Below are positions 23,689 to 31,760 of a DNA stretch of 64,000 nt, in pieces. A program made the position numbers and the translations under genes. The notes under the pieces are model-generated. The model made no database searches, was not told the DNA's origin, and saw only the letters and a program-made list of their open reading frames with translations. Numbering within the stretch: the first letter of the stretch is position 1; each line of letters begins with the position of its first letter. The stretch is from an uncultured Rhodobacterales bacterium (GTDB lineage: Bacteria > Pseudomonadota > Alphaproteobacteria > Rhodobacterales > Rhodobacteraceae): NCBI GenBank assembly GCA_964499865.1, contig CAZCPY010000001.1, forward strand, positions 102,238 through 166,237, given 5' to 3'.

Positions 23689-23700
23689 TCTTATGACATA
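23689..23700 (-). promoter_or_regulatory. promoter-like motif variant (TATGTCATAAGA) upstream of array 2
   Basis: Minus strand reads GAGAATAATACAGAGATATATGTCATAAGATATGTGAG, about 90 nt upstream of the first array 2 start. Confidence 0.35.
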
Positions 23701-23757
23701 TATCTCTGTATTATTCTCAATACAATATGAGTACGTTCTGTTGCACCGACCATACCA

Positions 23758-23767
23758 ATCATAAGTT
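23758..23767 (+). promoter_or_regulatory. + oriented ATCATAAGTT motif in the divergent intergenic region
   Basis: Same CATAAGT core in + orientation, about 30 nt upstream of the + gene at 23796. Confidence 0.3.
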
Positions 23768-23795
23768 AGTAGGCCACATTAAATAGGTAGCTAAG

Positions 23796-24173
23796 TTGGA
23801 GACGTTTATTAAACAGGCTAAGCGATGTTGGAAGGGTTACAAGCCGGTACCCGGTAAGAAAGCGTATGCTGAAGGTTCTTGCGCGCCAATAGAGAAGAAA
23901 GCCGCCAAGGAGAAGACGCAAGCCGAGCTCATAAAGCTTATGTTGCGAGTTAAGCATAGACGCGAGGCAGCGGCCGCTAAACCTAGAGCTAAACCAGGTG
24001 TGATAAAGAAGGCGTCCGACGCGCTAGGATTAGGGCGCGCCATAGGTGCAAGTACTGTTGTTGGAGGTTATAATCAGAATATGCGCGGCTCAGACCGCGC
24101 CCGTCTTTTAAGCGAGCGCGCCAAGAAGTCTCCGTACTTTCAGAGACTATACGCTAAGCTCGACAACCCGTGA
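23796..24173 (+). CDS. hypothetical basic protein
   Basis: TTG start is supported by the N-terminus METFIKQAK, which parallels MNTFIKQAR of gene 27436. First gene of the + module. Confidence 0.55.
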   Translation: METFIKQAKRCWKGYKPVPGKKAYAEGSCAPIEKKAAKEKTQAELIKLMLRVKHRREAAAAKPRAKPGVIKKASDALGLGRAIGASTVVGGYNQNMRGSDRARLLSERAKKSPYFQRLYAKLDNP

Positions 24174-24182
24174 TTCAATACT

Positions 24183-24548
24183 ATGGATAACATCGAAAAA
24201 GGCCTACGCCAAGCCTTTCAAAAGCAGGCGACCACACAAGTTCCCTCCCTAGAACAACACTTTCTATCTCTCGTAGAGAATGAAGGTCAAGTTAAGCAGG
24301 CCGCTGGTCCTCAAATCGGACCTCTTATTCGACGCGCTAAAGCGCAGCCCGCTCGTATGGACGCTGATGTTGCACCTAGATCAGGAATCCTAGATAAGGT
24401 CAGAGGAGCTGCTGGGCACGCTGTCGAATATGCTCAACAAAATCCTGAGATTGTCGGCGGCGGGGCCGCCGCTGCATTAGGTCTCGGCGCTGGCGCGCTT
24501 ATGCTGCGCGCCCGTGCTCGGCGTCGGCGCCAAGCCCAACAAGGCTGA
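24183..24548 (+). CDS. membrane-anchored protein (paralog 1 of 3)
   Basis: The C-terminal 60 aa are identical to those of the next gene (Ala/Gly transmembrane segment plus RARARRRRQAQQG tail). Confidence 0.6.
   Translation: MDNIEKGLRQAFQKQATTQVPSLEQHFLSLVENEGQVKQAAGPQIGPLIRRAKAQPARMDADVAPRSGILDKVRGAAGHAVEYAQQNPEIVGGGAAAALGLGAGALMLRARARRRRQAQQG
24364..24544. repeat. 181-nt perfect direct repeat, copy 1
   Basis: Identical base for base to 25119-25299. Encodes the shared C-terminal anchor. Confidence 0.9.
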
Positions 24549-24556
24549 GGTAGTTA

Positions 24557-25303
24557 GTGCTCACTATGCGTACAGGATTCGCGAAGGCCGCGGGAATGAC
24601 TGGACCTGGAGGCGCGGCGGCTGAGTCGGGTGTTGCCGGCGTCACAGGCCTGGCGTCGGCAGCTCGCCGTGTATTAAGAACGCCTGAGTGGTCCCATTCT
24701 CCTCCTCCCCCTGGTTATGGTTACAAGGCCTGGCTCAGTCAAAACGACACTCACGACCATAACTTCCGTTCGGACATGGAAGCGTACGATTGGCTTACGC
24801 AAAGCCCGCTAAATTTGAGAAACCAGGCAGAAACAGCGGCTAGAATGCGAGAAAGAGTAAAACAGCATGTGGAACAGGCGCCCACGCCCGACAGAACGTC
24901 CGCAGCAACTTTAAAAACACCTGAAGTGACAGGTCGAGGTCTTGATGCCGCGCCTAGAGGCCTATCGGATCACATCCATTCTGGGCATCCGTACTTTCAC
25001 CCGAGGGCATCAACCGCTAGTCAAGCATTAACTAGGCGCAACACCAGCGATGTGGTGCTTAGGCCCAAGACTCCGACTAGCGACATACACGTGGACGTCC
25101 TTCCCCGGAACCCGGCATCTGATGTTGCACCTAGATCAGGAATCCTAGATAAGGTCAGAGGAGCTGCTGGGCACGCTGTCGAATATGCTCAACAAAATCC
25201 TGAGATTGTCGGCGGCGGGGCCGCCGCTGCATTAGGTCTCGGCGCTGGCGCGCTTATGCTGCGCGCCCGTGCTCGGCGTCGGCGCCAAGCCCAACAAGGT
25301 TGA
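24557..25303 (+). CDS. membrane-anchored protein (paralog 2 of 3)
   Basis: GTG at 24557 lies 5 nt after GAGGTAG, and the ATG at 24566 is an alternative. Shares AGVTG…A-x-RR-x-L and TLKTPE-x-TG motifs with paralog 3. Confidence 0.6.
   Translation: MLTMRTGFAKAAGMTGPGGAAAESGVAGVTGLASAARRVLRTPEWSHSPPPPGYGYKAWLSQNDTHDHNFRSDMEAYDWLTQSPLNLRNQAETAARMRERVKQHVEQAPTPDRTSAATLKTPEVTGRGLDAAPRGLSDHIHSGHPYFHPRASTASQALTRRNTSDVVLRPKTPTSDIHVDVLPRNPASDVAPRSGILDKVRGAAGHAVEYAQQNPEIVGGGAAAALGLGAGALMLRARARRRRQAQQG
25119..25299. repeat. 181-nt perfect direct repeat, copy 2
   Basis: Identical to 24364-24544. Confidence 0.9.
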
Positions 25304-25310
25304 TACACTT

Positions 25311-26087
25311 ATGTCGTCTAATTTTACGCGTCTAACTAAAGCAGCTAATGCACGTAACGCGGCGGTGGCTGGGCTAGGTGTTGCCGGCGTCACAGGCGTG
25401 GCGCTGGCATCTCGTCGTGCATTAGATAGGCACATCTACGGCTCTAGATTGAACCATAGTCCTCATAGTCCCGCACCGACTTTAAAAACGCCTGAAGCGA
25501 CCGGTGTAGACGTCATTCCCCGGAACCCGGCGTCTAGTGCGGCATTGCGGCATCATTGGGCGCAGGCGACTGGTCGTAGCGGCGCTGCACCGCCTAAATC
25601 AGGGATCCAAGGTGAATCAACGCCTGAAGCGACCGGTCGTATCGTCGATGCCACGCCTACAAGCACACCTGCTCCTAGCGTCTTTGACCACATCTCTTCT
25701 GTTGCTAAAGCGAATACTGAAAGGGCAGCTACGGGAGTCGCCAAAGCGAAAGCGCGAGTTGCTGAAGCACTTAGTGAACATAATGGTGTGGGTAGCCTCA
25801 AGGGCATTATGGATAGGTATCGAGCCGCGCCGTACGGAACCAAGCATCTGTCCCAGCCTCAAGGAAAAGGCGTGGATCTCGCGGACGCTATGAAGCCTAC
25901 GCCAGATGCAGAAAAACTTCTTAGCTCGCTACACAACAAAGGCTTGTTTGGTCACATCTCTCCTGAGCATGCAGTAGGTTACGGCGCAGCCGCCGCTGGC
26001 GCGGCCGGTTTAGCATACTACGCTAAGAAACGCTGGGATAAGTTCCAGAAAAATAGACAACTTCAAAAGCAATACGGTCTACGTTAA
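25311..26087 (+). CDS. membrane-anchored protein (paralog 3 of 3)
   Basis: Start trimmed to the ATG at 25311 (MSSNFTRL), just after the upstream stop. C-terminal Ala/Gly hydrophobic segment. Confidence 0.6.
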   Translation: MSSNFTRLTKAANARNAAVAGLGVAGVTGVALASRRALDRHIYGSRLNHSPHSPAPTLKTPEATGVDVIPRNPASSAALRHHWAQATGRSGAAPPKSGIQGESTPEATGRIVDATPTSTPAPSVFDHISSVAKANTERAATGVAKAKARVAEALSEHNGVGSLKGIMDRYRAAPYGTKHLSQPQGKGVDLADAMKPTPDAEKLLSSLHNKGLFGHISPEHAVGYGAAAAGAAGLAYYAKKRWDKFQKNRQLQKQYGLR

Positions 26088-27439
26088 TGACTACACAAAA
26101 TTCCCAGCGCATCATCAAGATCGCCGTGCAAATGCATGAGCAGTCGAAGCAAGCCAGCATCCATGATATGGCGGCCGGATTAGGTGACGCGCTTATTAGC
26201 GCCGGTCAAGCCGCGGCTAGTGTCGCGCCGTACCTACCGGCCGCTGCTACGATAGGTGGGGGAATATACGCGGCTAACTCAATTAAGAACTTCGCAAAAG
26301 ATCATGTTCGGAATACGCGTAAAGCACACTTACTGGATTCGATGAAGACAATAGGTGAGCACGCAGCGGGTAAGCACAATAAATCTGTGAACATGGACGA
26401 GATACGCCGTAGACACCCAGAGCTGGCAGCCGCTATTTCACAGCATACTAAGGCCGCTGCCTATCAGGATCATGATGGCGGGTCTGGTACGATAGCTCCG
26501 ATAATCGGCACAGCCGCCGGCGCGGCCGTGGGTGCCTCTTTAGGCGCCTTTGCGGGTTCCAAATTACATGAGAAGATGATGGAAAAAGCGTCGCCCGCCT
26601 TCCGTCAACACGTGCTAGAAAGTAATTTGAGACAGATTCGCGCCGATAGACTTGCCAGCGGTCGCAAAGAGTTGGGCAGGCGGATGGTTCAGAAAGCGCA
26701 AGGCGCGTCTCCCGTAAATCCGTATCCCACGGTAGGTAGTATTCTTCGAGACAAGGCTAGCGGAATTAACCTGGTGCCCAGAGGTGTGCGAAAATTTGTC
26801 GGCCGTGCCGGTAAAGGTGTCAGTAACGTGGTCGGTAGCGTCGCAGGCGACCCGGCTATCGATGCAGTGCAGGCTTTTGTCGGTAACTCTAAGTACAGAG
26901 GTATGATGCAAGCTCGAGACACAGAGGGAAAACTAAAGCCGAAGAAAAATGATCCGACGAGCGCTGCTATAAGTCCGGAGCGTATAGAGTTCTTTAGACG
27001 TAATAATAGTACAGCCCAATATGGCGCGCGTGATTATATGATGCCTCGATCTCTATTAGATCCGAAAGGCTTCGGCGCGATAGATGATTTCATGCGGGTT
27101 AAGACCAGGTTCGGCGCAGGCGCCGGTCTTCTTGGTCGGGCGTTCGGCCGCGGCGCGCCTAAAGGTCCGGAATCAATAAGCGCTGATAAGATGGTCAGTC
27201 ACGCACTTAAGTCAAAACGTCATTCTTTCTCTAAGGCTATGACGCAAACGCCGAAAGAGTTTGCCGCCTCTCCTTTAGCGCAAGCCGCGAATCGTAGAGC
27301 CCTAATTAAAGGCAGATCACTTGGCGCTATAGGATTGGGTATAGCTGGAGGCTTTGCAGGTTCGCTAGTATCTAGACGTAAAGCTCCGCAACCTATCGTT
27401 GTGCAGAATCAGCAGGCGCCAGCTCCTTTGTACAGATGA
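26087..27439 (+). CDS. Ala/Gly-rich protein with several hydrophobic segments (internal or ejection protein candidate)
   Basis: 450-aa ORF with a TAATG overlap upstream and an ATGA overlap downstream. Confidence 0.6.
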   Translation: MTTQNSQRIIKIAVQMHEQSKQASIHDMAAGLGDALISAGQAAASVAPYLPAAATIGGGIYAANSIKNFAKDHVRNTRKAHLLDSMKTIGEHAAGKHNKSVNMDEIRRRHPELAAAISQHTKAAAYQDHDGGSGTIAPIIGTAAGAAVGASLGAFAGSKLHEKMMEKASPAFRQHVLESNLRQIRADRLASGRKELGRRMVQKAQGASPVNPYPTVGSILRDKASGINLVPRGVRKFVGRAGKGVSNVVGSVAGDPAIDAVQAFVGNSKYRGMMQARDTEGKLKPKKNDPTSAAISPERIEFFRRNNSTAQYGARDYMMPRSLLDPKGFGAIDDFMRVKTRFGAGAGLLGRAFGRGAPKGPESISADKMVSHALKSKRHSFSKAMTQTPKEFAASPLAQAANRRALIKGRSLGAIGLGIAGGFAGSLVSRRKAPQPIVVQNQQAPAPLYR

Positions 27440-27747
27440 ACACGTTTATAAAACAAGCTAGACTCATTAAGTCGGCTCTTGAATATCGAGGAATCACGTT
27501 TCCAGGATATAACAAACCTATAAAATCTAATCGCGCCGGTAAGAAGATGATGGTTTTAGCTAAAGACGGCGATACAGTCAAATTGATCCATTTCGGTCAC
27601 ACCGGATACAAGCACAATTACTCTGATAAAGCAAAGAAGAGCTATCTTGCCAGATCAGCAGGAATTAAAGATAAGAGTGGCAAACCGACAGCATCGAATA
27701 AACTATCAGCAAACTACTGGGCCAGAAAAGTTTTGTGGCCTAAATAA
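27436..27747 (+). CDS. small basic conserved protein
   Basis: 103 aa with N-terminus MNTFIKQAR. Followed by a strong terminator. Confidence 0.6.
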   Translation: MNTFIKQARLIKSALEYRGITFPGYNKPIKSNRAGKKMMVLAKDGDTVKLIHFGHTGYKHNYSDKAKKSYLARSAGIKDKSGKPTASNKLSANYWARKVLWPK

Positions 27748-27788
27748 CGATTAGACCCCTCCTGATGACGCTACCTTAGGACAGGTCG

Positions 27789-27824
27789 GAGAGCGCAGGC
27801 GTGAAAAGTCTGCGCTCTCTTTTT
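27789..27824 (+). terminator. Rho-independent terminator
   Basis: GAGAGCGCAG-(11-nt loop)-CTGCGCTCTC followed by TTTTT. Confidence 0.7.
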
Positions 27825-27835
27825 ACAATCATACC

Positions 27836-28246
27836 ATGGCCGATTATTCCATCCAATCTGTCGCTCCTGACGGTCTGTTTACGTTCAGTGGCGGTCTAGA
27901 CCCAGCAAAGGTCTATGGAATGGAGGCGCTCGTTCAGCAGGTACTGATCGAGCTTTTGTCTGACCAAAGTACACGTTTGCGGCGAGGCGCCGGTCTATCA
28001 TCGGCGATACTGTTTGCGGACGTAACGAATACGGTGGGCGCCCGGCTCACGATAGTACGCGCCGTTGACATTGCCAGATCCCACATTTTAGACGCGCAGC
28101 GTTTAGTCAGACTTCCGGATACAGAAAAGCTTAGAGACCTTACTCTTGTTTCGGCAGTACAGGATGGCAGCTTGTGGCGGATAGCCCTTCGAATAACCAA
28201 TGTTGCCGGCGAGACTAGAAATCTTTCACAGGTGTTAGGATCATGA
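27836..28246 (+). CDS. baseplate gp25/W-like protein (tentative)
   Basis: 136 aa. The EALVQQVLIELLSDQ…G-x-G…ILF pattern loosely resembles the GPW/gp25 family, and it sits upstream of the J-like gene. Confidence 0.4.
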   Translation: MADYSIQSVAPDGLFTFSGGLDPAKVYGMEALVQQVLIELLSDQSTRLRRGAGLSSAILFADVTNTVGARLTIVRAVDIARSHILDAQRLVRLPDTEKLRDLTLVSAVQDGSLWRIALRITNVAGETRNLSQVLGS

Positions 28247-28953
28247 CGACCGTCCCTGGGTATGCGCAAGGCTCCGTCGCTAAGGCTTTTAGATTAGATG
28301 TACCTACCATTACATCGAATTCCCAGAGAGTGCCGCGACAGGCCGGCGCAGTTGTGAAGCAGTTTGGGCCAGCATCACAGACATTTGCGCCGCAGAAAAT
28401 GGTACGAGTGGCTCCTGTCAAACCTCCGGCACAAGGTACCGTCGCTCCCCGACCCCAACTTAATAAACTACTTATGAAGAAAACAGCTATGAATCCCGCG
28501 TTTTATGTCGGCTCGCTTATGAATATTGACAAGGTAGGTGTGGCGACCTACAGTAACGACTTAGAGAAGAGTGCGTTCGTACCGCTCGTAGCACCTGCCG
28601 CCAAGGGCTTAGTCGGGTTCGGTGCGAAAGCGCTGGGTGGGCTAATGTCCAAGAGGACGCTCGGGTTCGGCGCGGCACACGTAGCGGCATCGTCATTCAG
28701 TAGATTAGGTAAGACTCCAACACCCCAAGCACCGACGCAGACTCCTGGTAAGATCGCACTGAGCTCTTATAAAGAACGTTATTCCAAAGAATTAAAGAAG
28801 CGGGCAGCCATTGTCGGCGGCCTTGTAGGGTTCGCTGCCCGGAACCCGATCAAGTCTATGGTCGCTGTGGGCACGGCGCGCCGAGTCGGTAATACCGTAC
28901 GCACCGGCAGTCCTAACGGTCGACCCGGAACTGGTAATCTTCAATTGTCTTGA
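28243..28953 (+). CDS. hypothetical virion-module protein
   Basis: 236-aa ORF with ATGA overlap to the upstream gene. Confidence 0.55.
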   Translation: MTTVPGYAQGSVAKAFRLDVPTITSNSQRVPRQAGAVVKQFGPASQTFAPQKMVRVAPVKPPAQGTVAPRPQLNKLLMKKTAMNPAFYVGSLMNIDKVGVATYSNDLEKSAFVPLVAPAAKGLVGFGAKALGGLMSKRTLGFGAAHVAASSFSRLGKTPTPQAPTQTPGKIALSSYKERYSKELKKRAAIVGGLVGFAARNPIKSMVAVGTARRVGNTVRTGSPNGRPGTGNLQLS

Positions 28954-29737
28954 CGACAAGCGCAAGCGCGCCTTTGTTACCGGGCGGTAGGGCAAACGAA
29001 ATCTCTTGACGGTATACGGTGGCGGGATCCGGAGCCCCGTTTACGACAGTCATCTCCTCTAGAATTCCTCTAAGGCCGCCAGGTACTTCGTGTACCGTCA
29101 GCGTTAACATTTTGTGACCCGGAGCCGGAGTGGGCGGTTTGGGTGCCGCGTGCCTACTGAACGGAATTACAGGTCCTTCGTACGCAGGCGTATACTGAGG
29201 AGTCGGCTCGGGTTCTATTTCTGCGTCCTCATTATATTCAGGCCCTGTCAGAACTTCCGGTGTTTCAGGTTCCGCCTCTATGGACTCGACGTTCAGACCT
29301 TCATTATCTGAGATGTTTTCGGTTACCCATCTATAGAGCACAGCAATCCCTAGTCTATAACCACGTTGCCATGCGTCCATGGTCTTGCGTTTTAGGTTTG
29401 GAAGTTCGTTCTCTAGCTCTTGTACGAATTCTTCATCCTCCGACAACCAACTATCTGTGGATTCGATATAGTCCAAGTCCGGCGCGTCTGTCGAGGCAAA
29501 TGGCACCTCTATAAATCGGCGCATACTGGAGTAGCCGTTGTTGAGCCCTAGAAACAGGCCCATTATTTCATCAGGCGTGCTTTCTTTCTCGACGCCACGA
29601 CCGATCCCGAACAGAGTCGGAAAGTCGTCCTCTATCTTTCTCAGTGCAACCTTATCCGGGTCAACTCTCGCCGGCGAGGCTATATTATTAGACGCGGTCT
29701 GGAGAGCTTTTAAGTATACATTACGTGTGTTTGACAT
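28913..29737 (-). CDS. hypothetical acidic protein (opposite strand inside the virion module)
   Basis: 274-aa ORF with ATG start. Its 3' end overlaps 28243..28953 convergently by 41 nt. Confidence 0.5.
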   Translation of the reverse strand: MSNTRNVYLKALQTASNNIASPARVDPDKVALRKIEDDFPTLFGIGRGVEKESTPDEIMGLFLGLNNGYSSMRRFIEVPFASTDAPDLDYIESTDSWLSEDEEFVQELENELPNLKRKTMDAWQRGYRLGIAVLYRWVTENISDNEGLNVESIEAEPETPEVLTGPEYNEDAEIEPEPTPQYTPAYEGPVIPFSRHAAPKPPTPAPGHKMLTLTVHEVPGGLRGILEEMTVVNGAPDPATVYRQEISFALPPGNKGALALVVKTIEDYQFRVDR

Positions 29738-29774
29738 GTTGGTACAATACTGGGGACTCTAGAATTTCCCTTTT

Positions 29775-31760
29775 ATGACAAGTGTCGAGGATCCGAACCG
29801 GTTCAGTCTTCCCGTAGAGACTGCTATCGTTGAATTACTGCAGGCTAAGTTTCCGGGAATTAATGTATCCAGAGGATCTGCGATATACGACATTCTAGTA
29901 CTCCCGATGTCTTTGATGTTCCAAACATTCAGAGATTATTCAAAAGTTATTGCTAGAAATCAGTCGTTGGCTAACTACGCTACGATGCTTCCCGAAGAGC
30001 TGGACCGCCTAGCCGCCAATTACGGCGTATTTCGTAATAGCGGAACTAAAGCTCGAGGGACGCAACGAATCACATTCAAAGAACCGAAGACCGTGGTCGT
30101 ACCAACAACAGCTGTCTTCAGTACTGACGACGGTCTTCGGTTTGTTCCGGTATCCTCGACTACGTTTAGAGAGACGGTCGTAGCCGGTAACTTTATAACC
30201 TCCACTGGTGAGTATTACGTCGACGTTTCGGTAGAAGCTGAGCAGGTCGGTTCCGCGTATAGCGTACAAGCTGGCGCGGTACGTTCTGTGTCTGGTGTGT
30301 CTGGAGCACTACGAACTTTTAATGTTACCGATATGACCGTGGCTCAAGACGCCGAAGGTAATAGCCAGCTTTACGCCAGAATCCGGTCCAGTATATCCAA
30401 TCGCGACCTAGTAAAGAGCACAGGTATAATTGGAGCCATACGCGACGCCTTCCCATCAGTGACGCAGGTTCGTGTGGTCGGAGCTGGTGACCCGGCCATG
30501 ACTAGAGATACGGTAACTGTCAGCTTATCTCAGCACAGATTGTTCGAACAGTCTTTTTGCCAGAAGGTAAACCTGCCGCTAAATAGCTCTGGTCAGGTTC
30601 AATGGGAAGACTCCTCTGGTGCCGCCGTTCAAGGTCCGTTAGGTGGGTTTGTTGGCGCTATCTATGATCTGCTTTCTCTCGACTATAACGCTATTCCTGT
30701 TCAGGTCGACGGTATAAACACTGAGCTAGTGTCAGCGCAGCAGAACTTTAAAGTCAGGTTGCTTAATCCTGAAGATCCCGATGCTTTTGAAGAGTACACA
30801 GTTACTAGGGTGGAAGAGGTTCCTGTGATAGCGGGTGGTCCGCTAGTTAAAATCCTTAGATTAGATCGCCCGTTCTCTGATACAACACTCGTAGATGTCG
30901 AACAAGACATAGCGGTGAATCCGTACACCGTGTTCGGGTTTTTCTCGTCTAACACGTTCCATGTCGGCGGTAAAGTCGATGTGTACGTCGCTTCATCAAA
31001 TATTGATCAACGGGAAGTGATAGTCACGTCTTTGCCGGCCTTGTCCGAGACACAACCGAACGCATCTGAAGTTCCGATTACGGCCAGTTTTGTCGACGTT
31101 ATTGGTGAGGAGCTGTTTGAAAGGAATATAGGCTTTACAACACCGGTTCTAAGTATTGATAAGGTTGAGGAAGTCGATCCGATCGACGCCAATGTCGTAT
31201 TGAAGACACTCGTGCCTGGAACGGACTATTCTTTTATCAGAGCATCTGCAAGAAGTAGATTTACAGAAGCTGAATTCGACGTATTGTCTATTAGAGGGAC
31301 CAAAGTAGACTTTATCACACAGGTCGAAGAGCCGGCTTTTGTCGGTTCGAGAATAAAGATTACGTACTCTACGAGTCCGGACATACTCGCTATTCAGCAG
31401 TTCTTATCGGACGACGTGCGGCGCGACATAACTAAGGATTTGAAGGTCATGACGTTTGATACCGTCAGACTGAGTGTTGAATTAAACTACAAAGGCTCGA
31501 TCTCAGAAGAAGATGTAGCCGCGATTATTACTGAATACATTAAGCTTAAACAAGATAACACGGTCACTGTACAAGAGCTCATCTCTGCGTTGCAAAGATT
31601 TGATGTTGTCGACGTACTGCTACCTGTCACGTTAAGAGCCAAAGCGCTGAATCCGGACGGCACGTTTACGGCTAAAGAGAGTACAGATCGTCTGACTCTA
31701 AGCTCAGCGCAGATTTTTGTTGCTGATAGCGAACAGGTGATTACAAAGGTTGAGCAATGA
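29775..31760 (+). CDS. baseplate J-like protein
   Basis: N-terminal pattern RGSAIYDIL…LDRLAANYGVFRNSGTKARGTQRITF…VVVPTTAVF is typical of the baseplate J (P2 gpJ/T4 gp6-like) family. Confidence 0.6.
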   Translation: MTSVEDPNRFSLPVETAIVELLQAKFPGINVSRGSAIYDILVLPMSLMFQTFRDYSKVIARNQSLANYATMLPEELDRLAANYGVFRNSGTKARGTQRITFKEPKTVVVPTTAVFSTDDGLRFVPVSSTTFRETVVAGNFITSTGEYYVDVSVEAEQVGSAYSVQAGAVRSVSGVSGALRTFNVTDMTVAQDAEGNSQLYARIRSSISNRDLVKSTGIIGAIRDAFPSVTQVRVVGAGDPAMTRDTVTVSLSQHRLFEQSFCQKVNLPLNSSGQVQWEDSSGAAVQGPLGGFVGAIYDLLSLDYNAIPVQVDGINTELVSAQQNFKVRLLNPEDPDAFEEYTVTRVEEVPVIAGGPLVKILRLDRPFSDTTLVDVEQDIAVNPYTVFGFFSSNTFHVGGKVDVYVASSNIDQREVIVTSLPALSETQPNASEVPITASFVDVIGEELFERNIGFTTPVLSIDKVEEVDPIDANVVLKTLVPGTDYSFIRASARSRFTEAEFDVLSIRGTKVDFITQVEEPAFVGSRIKITYSTSPDILAIQQFLSDDVRRDITKDLKVMTFDTVRLSVELNYKGSISEEDVAAIITEYIKLKQDNTVTVQELISALQRFDVVDVLLPVTLRAKALNPDGTFTAKESTDRLTLSSAQIFVADSEQVITKVEQ

